Shown in pieces: positions 56,134 to 64,000 of a DNA stretch of 64,000 nucleotides; the stretch's first letter is position 1, and the number at the start of each line of letters is the position of its first letter. The translations under genes were made by a program, and so were the position numbers. A model generated the notes under the pieces. That model was not told where the DNA came from, made no database searches, and saw only the letters and a list, made by a program, of their open reading frames with translations. The DNA comes from an uncultured Candidatus Saccharibacteria bacterium (lineage in GTDB: Bacteria > Patescibacteriota > Minisyncoccia > Phycocordibacterales > UBA6065): the NCBI GenBank assembly GCA_964495425.1, contig CAZBVG010000004.1, forward strand, positions 63,633-127,632, written 5' to 3'.

Positions 56134-56916
56134 TTATCTGATTTCGTAACTGATCGTTACGTTAGAGACAATTTTGCTTTCGCCAGTAGGGAGTGAAACC
56201 TGATTAGCTACTTCGCTTGATACAGCGCCACCCATGCCTGCATCTTTTGCAAAATACATTGGCTGGTATGGTGACTGCTCGTAGAAGCTTGTGATGCCGA
56301 CAATTTTAACGCCAAGTGATTGTGCAAGCTTTTCAGCCTGAACCTTTGCGTCTGCGATTGCCTTATCTCGTGCTTCGCGGAGGAGTTCGTCCTGCTTGTC
56401 TACAGAGAAGGTGAGACCAGAGACGTTAGTTGCTCCGTATTCACCGATTCCTGAAAGAAGTGTTCCTGCATCTTCAAGCTTTCGAACTTTTATTTGAATA
56501 GTTTGAGAGACGACGTATCCCGCAAGAATCTGTTTGCCAGGAACATAGCTAGTGCTGTTAGTGTAATCATAGCGAGGGTAAATATCGTAAGAGAGGGTCT
56601 TAACATCTTTGTCTTCTACTCCGCTTTTCTTGATATACGCGAGAATATTAGCCATCTTTTCGGTAGCTTTTGTCTGCGCATCACTTACTTTGCTTGCCTC
56701 TTCACTTACGGTGAAGGTAAAGGTAGCAATGTCTGGAGTAGCGATGACTTCGCCCTTACCAAAAACACTGATGTTGTTAGGTACGTTCGTAGATTTGCCA
56801 ATGTATGACATTGACTTAAGCTCCGATGCGATCTTTACGCCAACAAAAGCGATAAGAATAACGCAAAGACCTGTAAGAAGACTCTTTAAACGAGGATTGT
56901 TATTGATTGTATCCAT
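56134..56916 (-). CDS. SIMPL-domain (DUF541) protein
   Basis: N-terminal TM, and a SIMPL-like pattern ...YIKKSGVEDKDVKTLSYDIYPRYDY... Confidence 0.65.
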   Translation of the reverse strand: MDTINNNPRLKSLLTGLCVILIAFVGVKIASELKSMSYIGKSTNVPNNISVFGKGEVIATPDIATFTFTVSEEASKVSDAQTKATEKMANILAYIKKSGVEDKDVKTLSYDIYPRYDYTNSTSYVPGKQILAGYVVSQTIQIKVRKLEDAGTLLSGIGEYGATNVSGLTFSVDKQDELLREARDKAIADAKVQAEKLAQSLGVKIVGITSFYEQSPYQPMYFAKDAGMGGAVSSEVANQVSLPTGESKIVSNVTISYEIR

Positions 56917-57030
56917 ATAATTTTAATAATAGTTCCAACTAGAAGACTTTGAGAGAATAATGCCTCTAAAAGCCTTTAAAGGCGCCTCTGCGGCCCTCTA
57001 CAGAGAGAAGACGTGTGAGACGTCTAATTC

Positions 57031-57909
57031 TTACGAGATCCTCCTCCCGTGCGCCATTTCAGCCGAGAGTATTAGATTATCAAATAAAGAGAGTACCGTC
57101 ATTGGGCCAACACCTCCGGGAACTGGGGAAATTGCTGAAACGAGGGGAGATACAGAGGCAAACTGAACATCGCCTACGAGGCGTTGTTTCGGAAGCTCCT
57201 CTTCAAGTTTTTTACCCGAGATACTGTTGATACCCACATCAATGACGATTGCGCCCGAGTGTATGTATGAAGCATCAATACATTCTGGTTTACCAATTGC
57301 GACAATAACAATGTCAGCTTTTCGTGAGATCTCCTGAGGGTTTGGAGTTTGAGAGTGGCAAACAAACACGGTAGCTCCTTTATGTTTGAGGAGTTCGGCT
57401 GTGGGATGGCCCACAAGCCTAGAACGGCCAAAGACAGCCACGGTTTTGCCTTTTGGATTGATGTTATAGAAATCCATAAGCAAGCTAACGCCTTTTGCGG
57501 TCGCCGGAATAAACTGAGGTTTTCCGATCGAGAGCAAGTGCTGGTTGGTATCCGTGAGACCGTCAACATCTTTTTGTGGGTCAATGCATTCGATGAGTGT
57601 GGCTTTATTGAGATGCGCAGGAATAGGGAGTTGAATGATAATGCCGTGGACGTCGGTGCGTGCATTGAGAGCGGCTATGTGTGAGCGAACATCTGCTTCT
57701 GATGTTGTTTCTGCAAGGTGAATATGTTCGACGAGAGCGCCGATTGAAGCTGCAAACTTTTTCTTTTGCTCGATGTAAATTGCTGATTCAGCATTGTTTC
57801 CAATGTGAATGAGGGCAAGCAGGGGCTTTGAGGAAAGTCTCGTAAGACGATCTATGAGCTGTGTTTTGTAAAAATCACGAGCGCGTTTTCCGTCGAGAAT
57901 CAGTGTCAT
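57031..57909 (-). CDS. folD: Bifunctional methylenetetrahydrofolate dehydrogenase/cyclohydrolase
   Basis: VIVIDVGIN..., the GGVGPMTV motif, and an NAD(P)-binding region. Confidence 0.9.
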   Translation of the reverse strand: MTLILDGKRARDFYKTQLIDRLTRLSSKPLLALIHIGNNAESAIYIEQKKKFAASIGALVEHIHLAETTSEADVRSHIAALNARTDVHGIIIQLPIPAHLNKATLIECIDPQKDVDGLTDTNQHLLSIGKPQFIPATAKGVSLLMDFYNINPKGKTVAVFGRSRLVGHPTAELLKHKGATVFVCHSQTPNPQEISRKADIVIVAIGKPECIDASYIHSGAIVIDVGINSISGKKLEEELPKQRLVGDVQFASVSPLVSAISPVPGGVGPMTVLSLFDNLILSAEMAHGRRIS

Positions 57910-57952
57910 GGACGTGACTATAGCATGGCTCTAAAGCGCAGTCACTGGAGGC

Positions 57953-58516
57953 CTAGAGTGAGCGAGCGACGAGCCAGATGGCGATAATACCAAGAGTGTT
58001 GAAGGTGTATGAAATGAGAATAAAGCGTTTTGTAGAAATTTTAGACATTCCCACAAGTGCGAGACCGAGCTCATCGGGCAGTGGTGATGCGATGACAATC
58101 GCTCCAACAAAAGCGAGTGACCAGCGAATAAATCGATAACGAAATATATGTCGAATACGACGCGATTTGGAATGCGATAGCAGGAAACTTATATCTTGGG
58201 ACACATGACCCTTTACGAAGCTAAAGATGATGAGGTCACCGAGTACAGACCCGAGCGCGCCGATGAGCGCAACAGCTACAGGAGGGAATACGAGCGTGAG
58301 CTTTGCAAGGACAACGATTGCGGGCGCTGTCGTGAATGCCGAGGTAAAAAATAATCCTGCTACGAATGCGCCTAGAATGTAGTAACCCTCGACGTGTGCC
58401 AAAAGATCGTCTATCAGTCCTGAGCGTACCAAAAGAAGAGCAACAATAATTGATATAACCACTACACCTATATCCCGAATGATTCTGCCGCGAGCTTTTT
58501 GTTCCATGGGGTACAT
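57953..58516 (-). CDS. Polytopic membrane protein (possibly DedA/VTT-like)
   Basis: 187 aa with 4-5 TM helices. Weak family guess. Confidence 0.4.
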   Translation of the reverse strand: MYPMEQKARGRIIRDIGVVVISIIVALLLVRSGLIDDLLAHVEGYYILGAFVAGLFFTSAFTTAPAIVVLAKLTLVFPPVAVALIGALGSVLGDLIIFSFVKGHVSQDISFLLSHSKSRRIRHIFRYRFIRWSLAFVGAIVIASPLPDELGLALVGMSKISTKRFILISYTFNTLGIIAIWLVARSL

Positions 58517-58568
58517 TCTAGCAAATTATTGCAAACGAAAAGCCACTCGAGTGAGTGGCTTTTGTGAA

Positions 58569-59225
58569 TTAGAGGGTGATTTCCTTTGCTGGATTGAAGA
58601 TTCCGTCCTCTGCAATGAAGATCTTTGTGCGAGGAACAGAAGGGGTAGCTGACATTGGTTCGCCCTTATCTCGATCGAGGTAGCTTACTGAAACTACCGC
58701 CTGAGCCTTGCCGCCATTGTCGGTTACGGTATCTACTCGGATACCAGTAATGCTTACGCGGTCTCCAACGAGAGCGTATGACTTATCAGTCAAAGCGCTA
58801 CCAGAGTCCTCGAACAAGACGATGTACTGGAATACACCTGAGCCACCTGAATTAACTGCAAGTGAGGTAACAACAAATTTTGCGCCACCAACTTCTTTTT
58901 CTACTGCGATATCACCAAGGGTGAGGGTACCTTTTACGTTACCTTCGCTGAACTTTGCTGTTCCGTTCTGGAGAGCAACGCGAGCTCCGCTTTCAGAAGC
59001 TGAAACAGAAGCGCTCTTGAGTCTTCCGAGGAGGGAAGTGTCAGTAGAGTCCTTGGTAACTGGAGCGTAGTCCTCCTTGGTTGCACCTGAAGGAGTCTCT
59101 GTTGTTGTCTCTGTACCTGTATTTTCTGTATTTGTAGCTGGGGTGCCTGCGCCTTTGAACGCCATGACAGCGATCACGACAACGACAACCAAGATCACAA
59201 ACACTGCAATGCCTTTCTTATTCAT
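58569..59225 (-). CDS. Secreted hypothetical protein
   Basis: N-terminal TM/signal and a Thr-rich linker. A terminator (aaaagccactcgagtgagtggctttt) lies downstream at 58530-58556. Confidence 0.45.
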   Translation of the reverse strand: MNKKGIAVFVILVVVVVIAVMAFKGAGTPATNTENTGTETTTETPSGATKEDYAPVTKDSTDTSLLGRLKSASVSASESGARVALQNGTAKFSEGNVKGTLTLGDIAVEKEVGGAKFVVTSLAVNSGGSGVFQYIVLFEDSGSALTDKSYALVGDRVSITGIRVDTVTDNGGKAQAVVSVSYLDRDKGEPMSATPSVPRTKIFIAEDGIFNPAKEITL

Positions 59226-59272
59226 ATGAATTATTAACTACTGTCAGTAAAATTGACTCGGCCATTGTAACA

Positions 59273-60352
59273 CTAGATGGTCTCAACCTCAATATCTTCT
59301 TTACCATCAGAAATAGCGACGGTGAAGTTAAGTCTGCCTAAAAGTTGTCCTCGTGGTGACGCTACATCCACTCGCCACAGTCCTGGAAACATATTTTCTT
59401 TTACAGAATAAGTTCGGAAACCTCCTTCACGGCCTCCGGTTATGGAGAGGCGAACTGTGTTTGCGGTTGTCCATGATTTGTCTTTCGTATCGTAGTACTG
59501 CCAGTTATGAATGACATCTGTTTTGAGATTTGTGGGCGCAAAAATTGCAGTGACGGCATAGAGAGGTTGGCCCGGTACCATATGAATGACTGGGTCAGAA
59601 GAGAACAGGTTGAACCACTCCTGATTTTCTCCGAATGCGTGGTATGTTCCGTCGGGAAGTTTAATGAGCGATCGATAGATGCCCGCTTCCTTAAGTGCGA
59701 GAGGGATTGGGGGAATAAGATTGGTGAAGTAGAGGGTATTTATGACACCAAAAATGACAAAGATAAGAAGGGTAAAGAAAGGTGCGCTTCGTTTGGTGCG
59801 CTGCGGTGCAAACCACGAGAGCATGTAGACAAAGAGCCCGGTAATGATAAGGCACGTAATACCCGTAATGATAAAGATAGAGTCACCCATCTTGCCTAAA
59901 ATGATCGGGAGGAAAAAGATGAGATACGAGAAAAGGGCGGTAAAGAAAACGGCTATTTGAAAGCTTAAACGGAGATAATTTTTACGAAGGATTTCGTTTC
60001 CAATAATGTAGCCCACAATAAGGAGCAAGAAAGGCCAACTCGAAGTAATAGTTCCACTTCGAGAATAAAAGAGGAAGGATGCGCTGAAAAGACCTCCGAG
60101 ACAAAACTGCATCATGAATATAAGTATCAAGTGCACAATTCCTGAATGTTCAGCTTCATATTTTGTCTGACGGATATTAAGAAGGACGATCGAGAGTGCT
60201 GAGATAATGAGATAAGAAATCAAAAGCGCATTCGAAAAGAACACGTCGATGCGACGAAGCATTAAGTTGTCGAATATGAAGCCGCCGACGACCGTTACCG
60301 GAGATACATAGCGCTCATATTTTGTGAAAAAGGGTAGTACCTTATCAAGCAT
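59273..60352 (-). CDS. Polytopic membrane protein with a C-terminal extracytoplasmic domain
   Basis: About 7 TM helices followed by a ~130 aa soluble domain. Confidence 0.45.
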   Translation of the reverse strand: MLDKVLPFFTKYERYVSPVTVVGGFIFDNLMLRRIDVFFSNALLISYLIISALSIVLLNIRQTKYEAEHSGIVHLILIFMMQFCLGGLFSASFLFYSRSGTITSSWPFLLLIVGYIIGNEILRKNYLRLSFQIAVFFTALFSYLIFFLPIILGKMGDSIFIITGITCLIITGLFVYMLSWFAPQRTKRSAPFFTLLIFVIFGVINTLYFTNLIPPIPLALKEAGIYRSLIKLPDGTYHAFGENQEWFNLFSSDPVIHMVPGQPLYAVTAIFAPTNLKTDVIHNWQYYDTKDKSWTTANTVRLSITGGREGGFRTYSVKENMFPGLWRVDVASPRGQLLGRLNFTVAISDGKEDIEVETI

Positions 60353-60360
60353 GAATCTTA

Positions 60361-60846
60361 TTATTGCACGCTTTCAGTCGTAGAAGCTGCGGTTGAGGTT
60401 GCTGCTGCGGGACTTGGTGCTTTGCAAGCGTATTTTTTATTCAAAGCATCAATAGTATTGTTGTTAACTTCTCCCGTTATTGCAATATCACTTTTTTCTT
60501 GGAAGTTACGGACAGCTGTTTGAGTTGAAGGACCATAATAGGCGGTGAGATAAACATTTCCACCGGTTTCCTCATTTGGATCTATGTAGAGACCTTCATT
60601 TTTGAGGGCGGTTTGGAGCGCTTTTACTTCAATAGGGTAATACGTAACGCCACCTGGGCCAACAATGCCTTCATTTGAAGCATTCTTGAAATCTTTTTTG
60701 TCACCGAATTGAGTGTTGTAGGTAAAGGTAAAGCAGAAGCCAGATGTGAACGGCTTGAAGTAAAGGAGGGACGCTGTGAGGATGACTACAATCGAAACAA
60801 AAATGATGAGAGTTTTCTGACCTGGAGTAAGAGTGTGTGATTCCAT
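60361..60846 (-). CDS. Membrane-anchored peptidoglycan-binding-domain protein
   Basis: ALKNEGLYIDPNEETGGNVYLTAYYGPSTQTAVRNFQE resembles a PG_binding_1 domain. Confidence 0.5.
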   Translation of the reverse strand: MESHTLTPGQKTLIIFVSIVVILTASLLYFKPFTSGFCFTFTYNTQFGDKKDFKNASNEGIVGPGGVTYYPIEVKALQTALKNEGLYIDPNEETGGNVYLTAYYGPSTQTAVRNFQEKSDIAITGEVNNNTIDALNKKYACKAPSPAAATSTAASTTESVQ

Positions 60847-60924
60847 ATAGATATATATTAAGTGCCCCTAGAGAATACCAGAGAAGAAAATAAAGACAAT
60901 CGAAGTTCTCCTGTTCTGAGAATT

Positions 60925-61212
60925 TTATTCAGTTGCGGAGACTTTTGTGAGCTTGCTTAGAGGTAAGACATTTCCCGCAGAAGTTACAAATACATTTCGC
61001 TTCATCTTTTCTTCAGATGCTGTGCATAGGTATTCAACCTCGGCCTGGTATCCAAAAGGGAGTCGCTTTGAAGAAATAACATCATTAAATGTGCATGTTC
61101 CGTCTTGTTTTGATGCTGCTTCGAGCTGCTTGTACGTATAGGCATTATCCATCCATGGTGCCCAAGCGAATACTATGGCCGCGCCAAATAAAAGGGTGAC
61201 GATTGTTTTCAT
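60925..61212 (-). CDS. Small secreted protein
   Basis: 95 aa with a signal peptide. Confidence 0.4.
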   Translation of the reverse strand: MKTIVTLLFGAAIVFAWAPWMDNAYTYKQLEAASKQDGTCTFNDVISSKRLPFGYQAEVEYLCTASEEKMKRNVFVTSAGNVLPLSKLTKVSATE

Positions 61213-61220
61213 ATGGTTGG

Positions 61221-61910
61221 TTACTTAATCTTTTCGATTTCTGGAGCTCCCACAACTGGCTTGATTACTACTGTTGTTGGTACAGAAGGAACAGCGGATG
61301 CTGGATCGGTTTGTTTTTTCTGGAGGTAATATACGAGAATTTCTGAGTCGTTTGAATTGATTTTGACTGATTGCATGGTAATTCCTTGATCGATAGCAAC
61401 CATGTTTGATGTTTTGTATCCATCCTCAGGAGTACTCATACCAGCTACAAGGTAGTAAAGATTTTTGGTGTTTTTATTTTGACGAGTGTAGAGCGCAACA
61501 ACATCTGCCTTCTTGTCTCCGTTTATGTCTCCCACGGTTTCGTATCCTGCATACGAAATAGTTTCATTATTTGAAGGATCGCCGGCAGTAATAACGGCAA
61601 ATCCGTTTACTACTTTGACCTGTCTGCCGTCTACGATAACCCATGTATTTTTAAGGTCATACGGAGATTTGGTAACAACGGGTTGAGATGTGGCTGGTTT
61701 CGGTGTTGTTGTTTTTGGTTGCGATACAACAGGAGTAGGAGCAGTAGTTTTTTCTGTGTCTGTTGTGACAACAGGTGTTTCTTCTGTGAGTGCAGTGTCA
61801 GTTGGTGCAGGCTTGTTTTTAAAGAGTACAAGACCAATCAAAATAATGAGTAAAACTATGATAAGTACCGTCGGCTTTTTGTTGCTTTCCATATACATAA
61901 AGTATAACAC
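61221..61910 (-). CDS. Membrane-anchored protein with a PT-rich linker
   Basis: TM, then a TPVVTTDTEKTTAPTPVVSQPKTTTPKP linker, then a beta domain. Confidence 0.45.
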   Translation of the reverse strand: MLYFMYMESNKKPTVLIIVLLIILIGLVLFKNKPAPTDTALTEETPVVTTDTEKTTAPTPVVSQPKTTTPKPATSQPVVTKSPYDLKNTWVIVDGRQVKVVNGFAVITAGDPSNNETISYAGYETVGDINGDKKADVVALYTRQNKNTKNLYYLVAGMSTPEDGYKTSNMVAIDQGITMQSVKINSNDSEILVYYLQKKQTDPASAVPSVPTTVVIKPVVGAPEIEKIK

Positions 61911-61913
61911 CGC

Positions 61914-62687
61914 TTACGTGCGGGCGTCTGGTTCTTTATGTATAAGCGCGATAATGATAAATGAAAAAATAAGGAGCATGTACCATGACGTAAACATGTG
62001 AAATGTGACCGGGTGCCATTCAGTTGCTTGGTGTGGATAGATCCAAACGCGGGCAAAGGTACCTATTTGTTCAGCCAACCAGACAAATGAGGCGAGCAAA
62101 GCATTCGTGAATAATGGGTGAAATGTATACCACGTATGTGTAAGTTGGACGCGTAGTTTTGTGTTCCAAAAGAGAGCAATCAGAATACCAAAAATAACCC
62201 ACCGCATATCTGGTATGTAATGGTTTGCAAAAAAGTTGGCGTAAATCAAAAGACCTACAAACGCCAGGGATATTTTATGAGGAAGATGTATGAATGTGAA
62301 TTTGTTTATTCTCCACGCGCGAGCCATATAGGAACCTACTGATGAATACAAAAATCCGGTAAAGAGAGGGACGGTGCCTATAGCAAAAAGCGCTGGTTCT
62401 GGGTATGCCCACGAGCCGACGGCAGGGGATGTCTTGAAGATTTCCATTCCCATTGCACATATATGAAATACAATGATGGCGACTACTTCTCGAGGTGTCT
62501 CAAGCTTTGAGAGGATCAAAACAATCTGAACGACTATGGCGATAAGAAACAGGAGGTCGTATCTGTAGATACCTGGTACAGAAACATACTTTGTTGCCAG
62601 GAGAAAAAAGAGCATCAGTCCACCAAAGAGGGAACATGACGCTTGTTTTTTGATAAAAATGTAGAATTCTTTGATAAATGAAGCCAT
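61914..62687 (-). CDS. Polytopic membrane protein (DUF817-like guess)
   Basis: 257 aa with about 7 TM helices. Confidence 0.4.
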   Translation of the reverse strand: MASFIKEFYIFIKKQASCSLFGGLMLFFLLATKYVSVPGIYRYDLLFLIAIVVQIVLILSKLETPREVVAIIVFHICAMGMEIFKTSPAVGSWAYPEPALFAIGTVPLFTGFLYSSVGSYMARAWRINKFTFIHLPHKISLAFVGLLIYANFFANHYIPDMRWVIFGILIALFWNTKLRVQLTHTWYTFHPLFTNALLASFVWLAEQIGTFARVWIYPHQATEWHPVTFHMFTSWYMLLIFSFIIIALIHKEPDART

Positions 62688-62728
62688 GCGGGAGGGGTCT
62701 ATCTATAATCGTGCTGTATTGGAAAAAG

Positions 62729-62983
62729 TTACGCTCGATGAGGGCAGCCGGCCCAGCAGCATGGTCGTCGTTTTCCTTCCTTTAATTCAGAGACAAGTCT
62801 TTTGATGTGATGAGCTCTTGTTTCTTCCTTTTTAACGGATGTGGTCCAACATATCCATTCATTACGAGCGAGTGGGGTGATGTCTTCCCATGCAAGAAGG
62901 GCTGCTTTGTCAGAAGCGAGCGCGTTATGCATATCACTCGGGAGAGTGTGAACCGTACCTTTTGAAATAGTATGAGTTGTCAT
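62729..62983 (-). CDS. YdeI/OmdA-family small protein
   Basis: LARNEWICWTTSVKKEETRAHHIKRLVSEL..GKRRP matches the OmdA-domain pattern. Confidence 0.5.
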   Translation of the reverse strand: MTTHTISKGTVHTLPSDMHNALASDKAALLAWEDITPLARNEWICWTTSVKKEETRAHHIKRLVSELKEGKRRPCCWAGCPHRA

Positions 62984-63027
62984 AAGTAAATCCTACAATA
63001 AATTATGAATTTTGATATCATAACCAC

Positions 63028-63582
63028 ATGGAACATCACGCATCTTCAATACCAGTTTCTGACGAATTACCAGAGATTTCACTACGACTTGAGCATTACG
63101 ACGACATATTTTCAGACTTTGATATGCGGCCGTATTCACGACGAGCCCTTTCAATTGATTTTTTAGGTGAAATAAAACGAGCGTCGCATGATAAATCGGG
63201 ACATGTGGAACTTGTGCTCTATGTACCTGAGAAGGATCGTAGTGAATCACACGAAACCACGATACGAGAGAGATTGTTTGCGCATTTCAAGAAGCATCAC
63301 CACCTCTTGGCACAGGATCGAAGCAGGATACTGCGATTTGGTTTGAGTATGGTTACGCTCGGTATTATTTCTATGGTTGGTGCAGCGCTTATCCATTTCC
63401 ATTCTGATAAGGAAAACTTGCTCACATCATTCCTTTTGGTGTTTCTTGAACCTGCAGCGTGGTTTCTTTTGTGGGAGGGAATGGACCAGATTATTTTTGA
63501 GTCAAAGCGCATTAACCCAGAGCTTATTTTCTACCGAAAGATGTCCTCAACTCACGGACACATTCACTTTAAGTCGTATTAG
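63028..63582 (+). CDS. Hypothetical protein with a central TM hairpin
   Basis: 184 aa with no family assigned. Confidence 0.4.
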   Translation: MEHHASSIPVSDELPEISLRLEHYDDIFSDFDMRPYSRRALSIDFLGEIKRASHDKSGHVELVLYVPEKDRSESHETTIRERLFAHFKKHHHLLAQDRSRILRFGLSMVTLGIISMVGAALIHFHSDKENLLTSFLLVFLEPAAWFLLWEGMDQIIFESKRINPELIFYRKMSSTHGHIHFKSY

Positions 63583-63598
63583 ACTACTCGGCTCGCTT

Positions 63599-63853
63599 TT
63601 AGCCTGTTGCGAGAATCACCCAAATCAGTGCAAATATAAGAAAGACTGCTGTACCGAGGATGAATCGGTATGCCGGTTTTACTATTCGCTGTGTCGCTAG
63701 TCGAATACTTAGGCTCATAACGACAAAGAATGTCCACGCAAACAGAAAGTCGTGCCATGTCCAGTTCCAACCATCAACAAAGGTATTGCCGAGAAGGGGA
63801 ATGATAAGGGCAGCTGCTGACCACAGCATGATTTTTACAATTGGTTTTTTCAT
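63599..63853 (-). CDS. Small membrane protein
   Basis: 84 aa with two TM helices. Confidence 0.35.
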   Translation of the reverse strand: MKKPIVKIMLWSAAALIIPLLGNTFVDGWNWTWHDFLFAWTFFVVMSLSIRLATQRIVKPAYRFILGTAVFLIFALIWVILATG

Positions 63854-64000
63854 ACGAATACTATAATCACCGTTAGTGTGGAATAGTTTCAGGTCTATCG
63901 AGAAGAATCAATTTCTGCCTGAAAACCTCCATAACAGAAGCGTTTGCCATCAAATGGCATTGCCATGTTTTGCATTTCCGGGCTATTCATTTCGGGGTCG

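Noticed and set aside
1-64000. CRISPR arrays, rRNA genes, IS elements
   Set aside because: No short direct repeats with regular spacers, no rRNA-like conserved stretches and no transposase-like ORFs were seen on reading the window.

Overview
This window looks like low-GC (~40%), tightly packed, mostly minus-strand chromosome from a reduced-genome bacterium. The gene content fits a Patescibacteria/CPR-like organism: a short YidC, a trigger factor without a PPIase domain, PilB, many secreted or membrane proteins of unknown function, and little metabolism. Standard genetic code; no rRNA, CRISPR array or transposase seen.

At the start of the window is a chromosomal origin neighbourhood. A class A PBP (5' partial) is followed by the DUF721/dnaN/dnaA block, with perfect DnaA boxes in the dnaA-dnaN spacer. 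On the other strand run rpmH (unannotated because <60 aa), rnpA and yidC.

Directly downstream is a ~12 kb minus-strand operon (6978-18975), plus a divergent secreted-protein gene, with type IV secretion-like hallmarks. It encodes a VirB4 ATPase split into two ORFs in different frames, a PrgI/VirB3-like protein, a TrbC/VirB2-like pilin candidate, a large VirB6-like polytopic protein and several secreted proteins with no recognisable family.

The middle of the window is housekeeping: ksgA, pcrA/uvrD, a LysM-M23 peptidase, comM, dksA-like, NYN, rpsO, xerC/D-like, xth, cca, yraN, hup, rny, clpP, rsmE, tig, ppa and nusA. Also found there:
- four tRNAs: Arg-TCG, Gly-GCC, Pro-TGG and Gly-TCC;
- two ORF-free, terminator-bounded stretches that look like structured ncRNAs (~31235-31625 and ~34055-34290);
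- two extra perfect DnaA boxes far from dnaA.

The second accessory block (44437-52963) encodes a secreted W-rich repeat protein and a protein with a phage tail-fibre intramolecular-chaperone (peptidase S74-like) C-terminus. It also encodes a ~800 aa Cys-rich repeat protein with near-identical intragenic DNA repeats. These sit next to a GT-C (PMT/ArnT-like) glycosyltransferase, a GT2 polyprenol-phosphate glycosyltransferase, a LAB_N-like small membrane protein and DsbA. This is a plausible surface/adhesin plus glycosylation module.

The most interesting candidates for a poorly described system are the T4SS-like operon with its many unknown secreted components and the adhesin/tail-fibre/glycosylation block.
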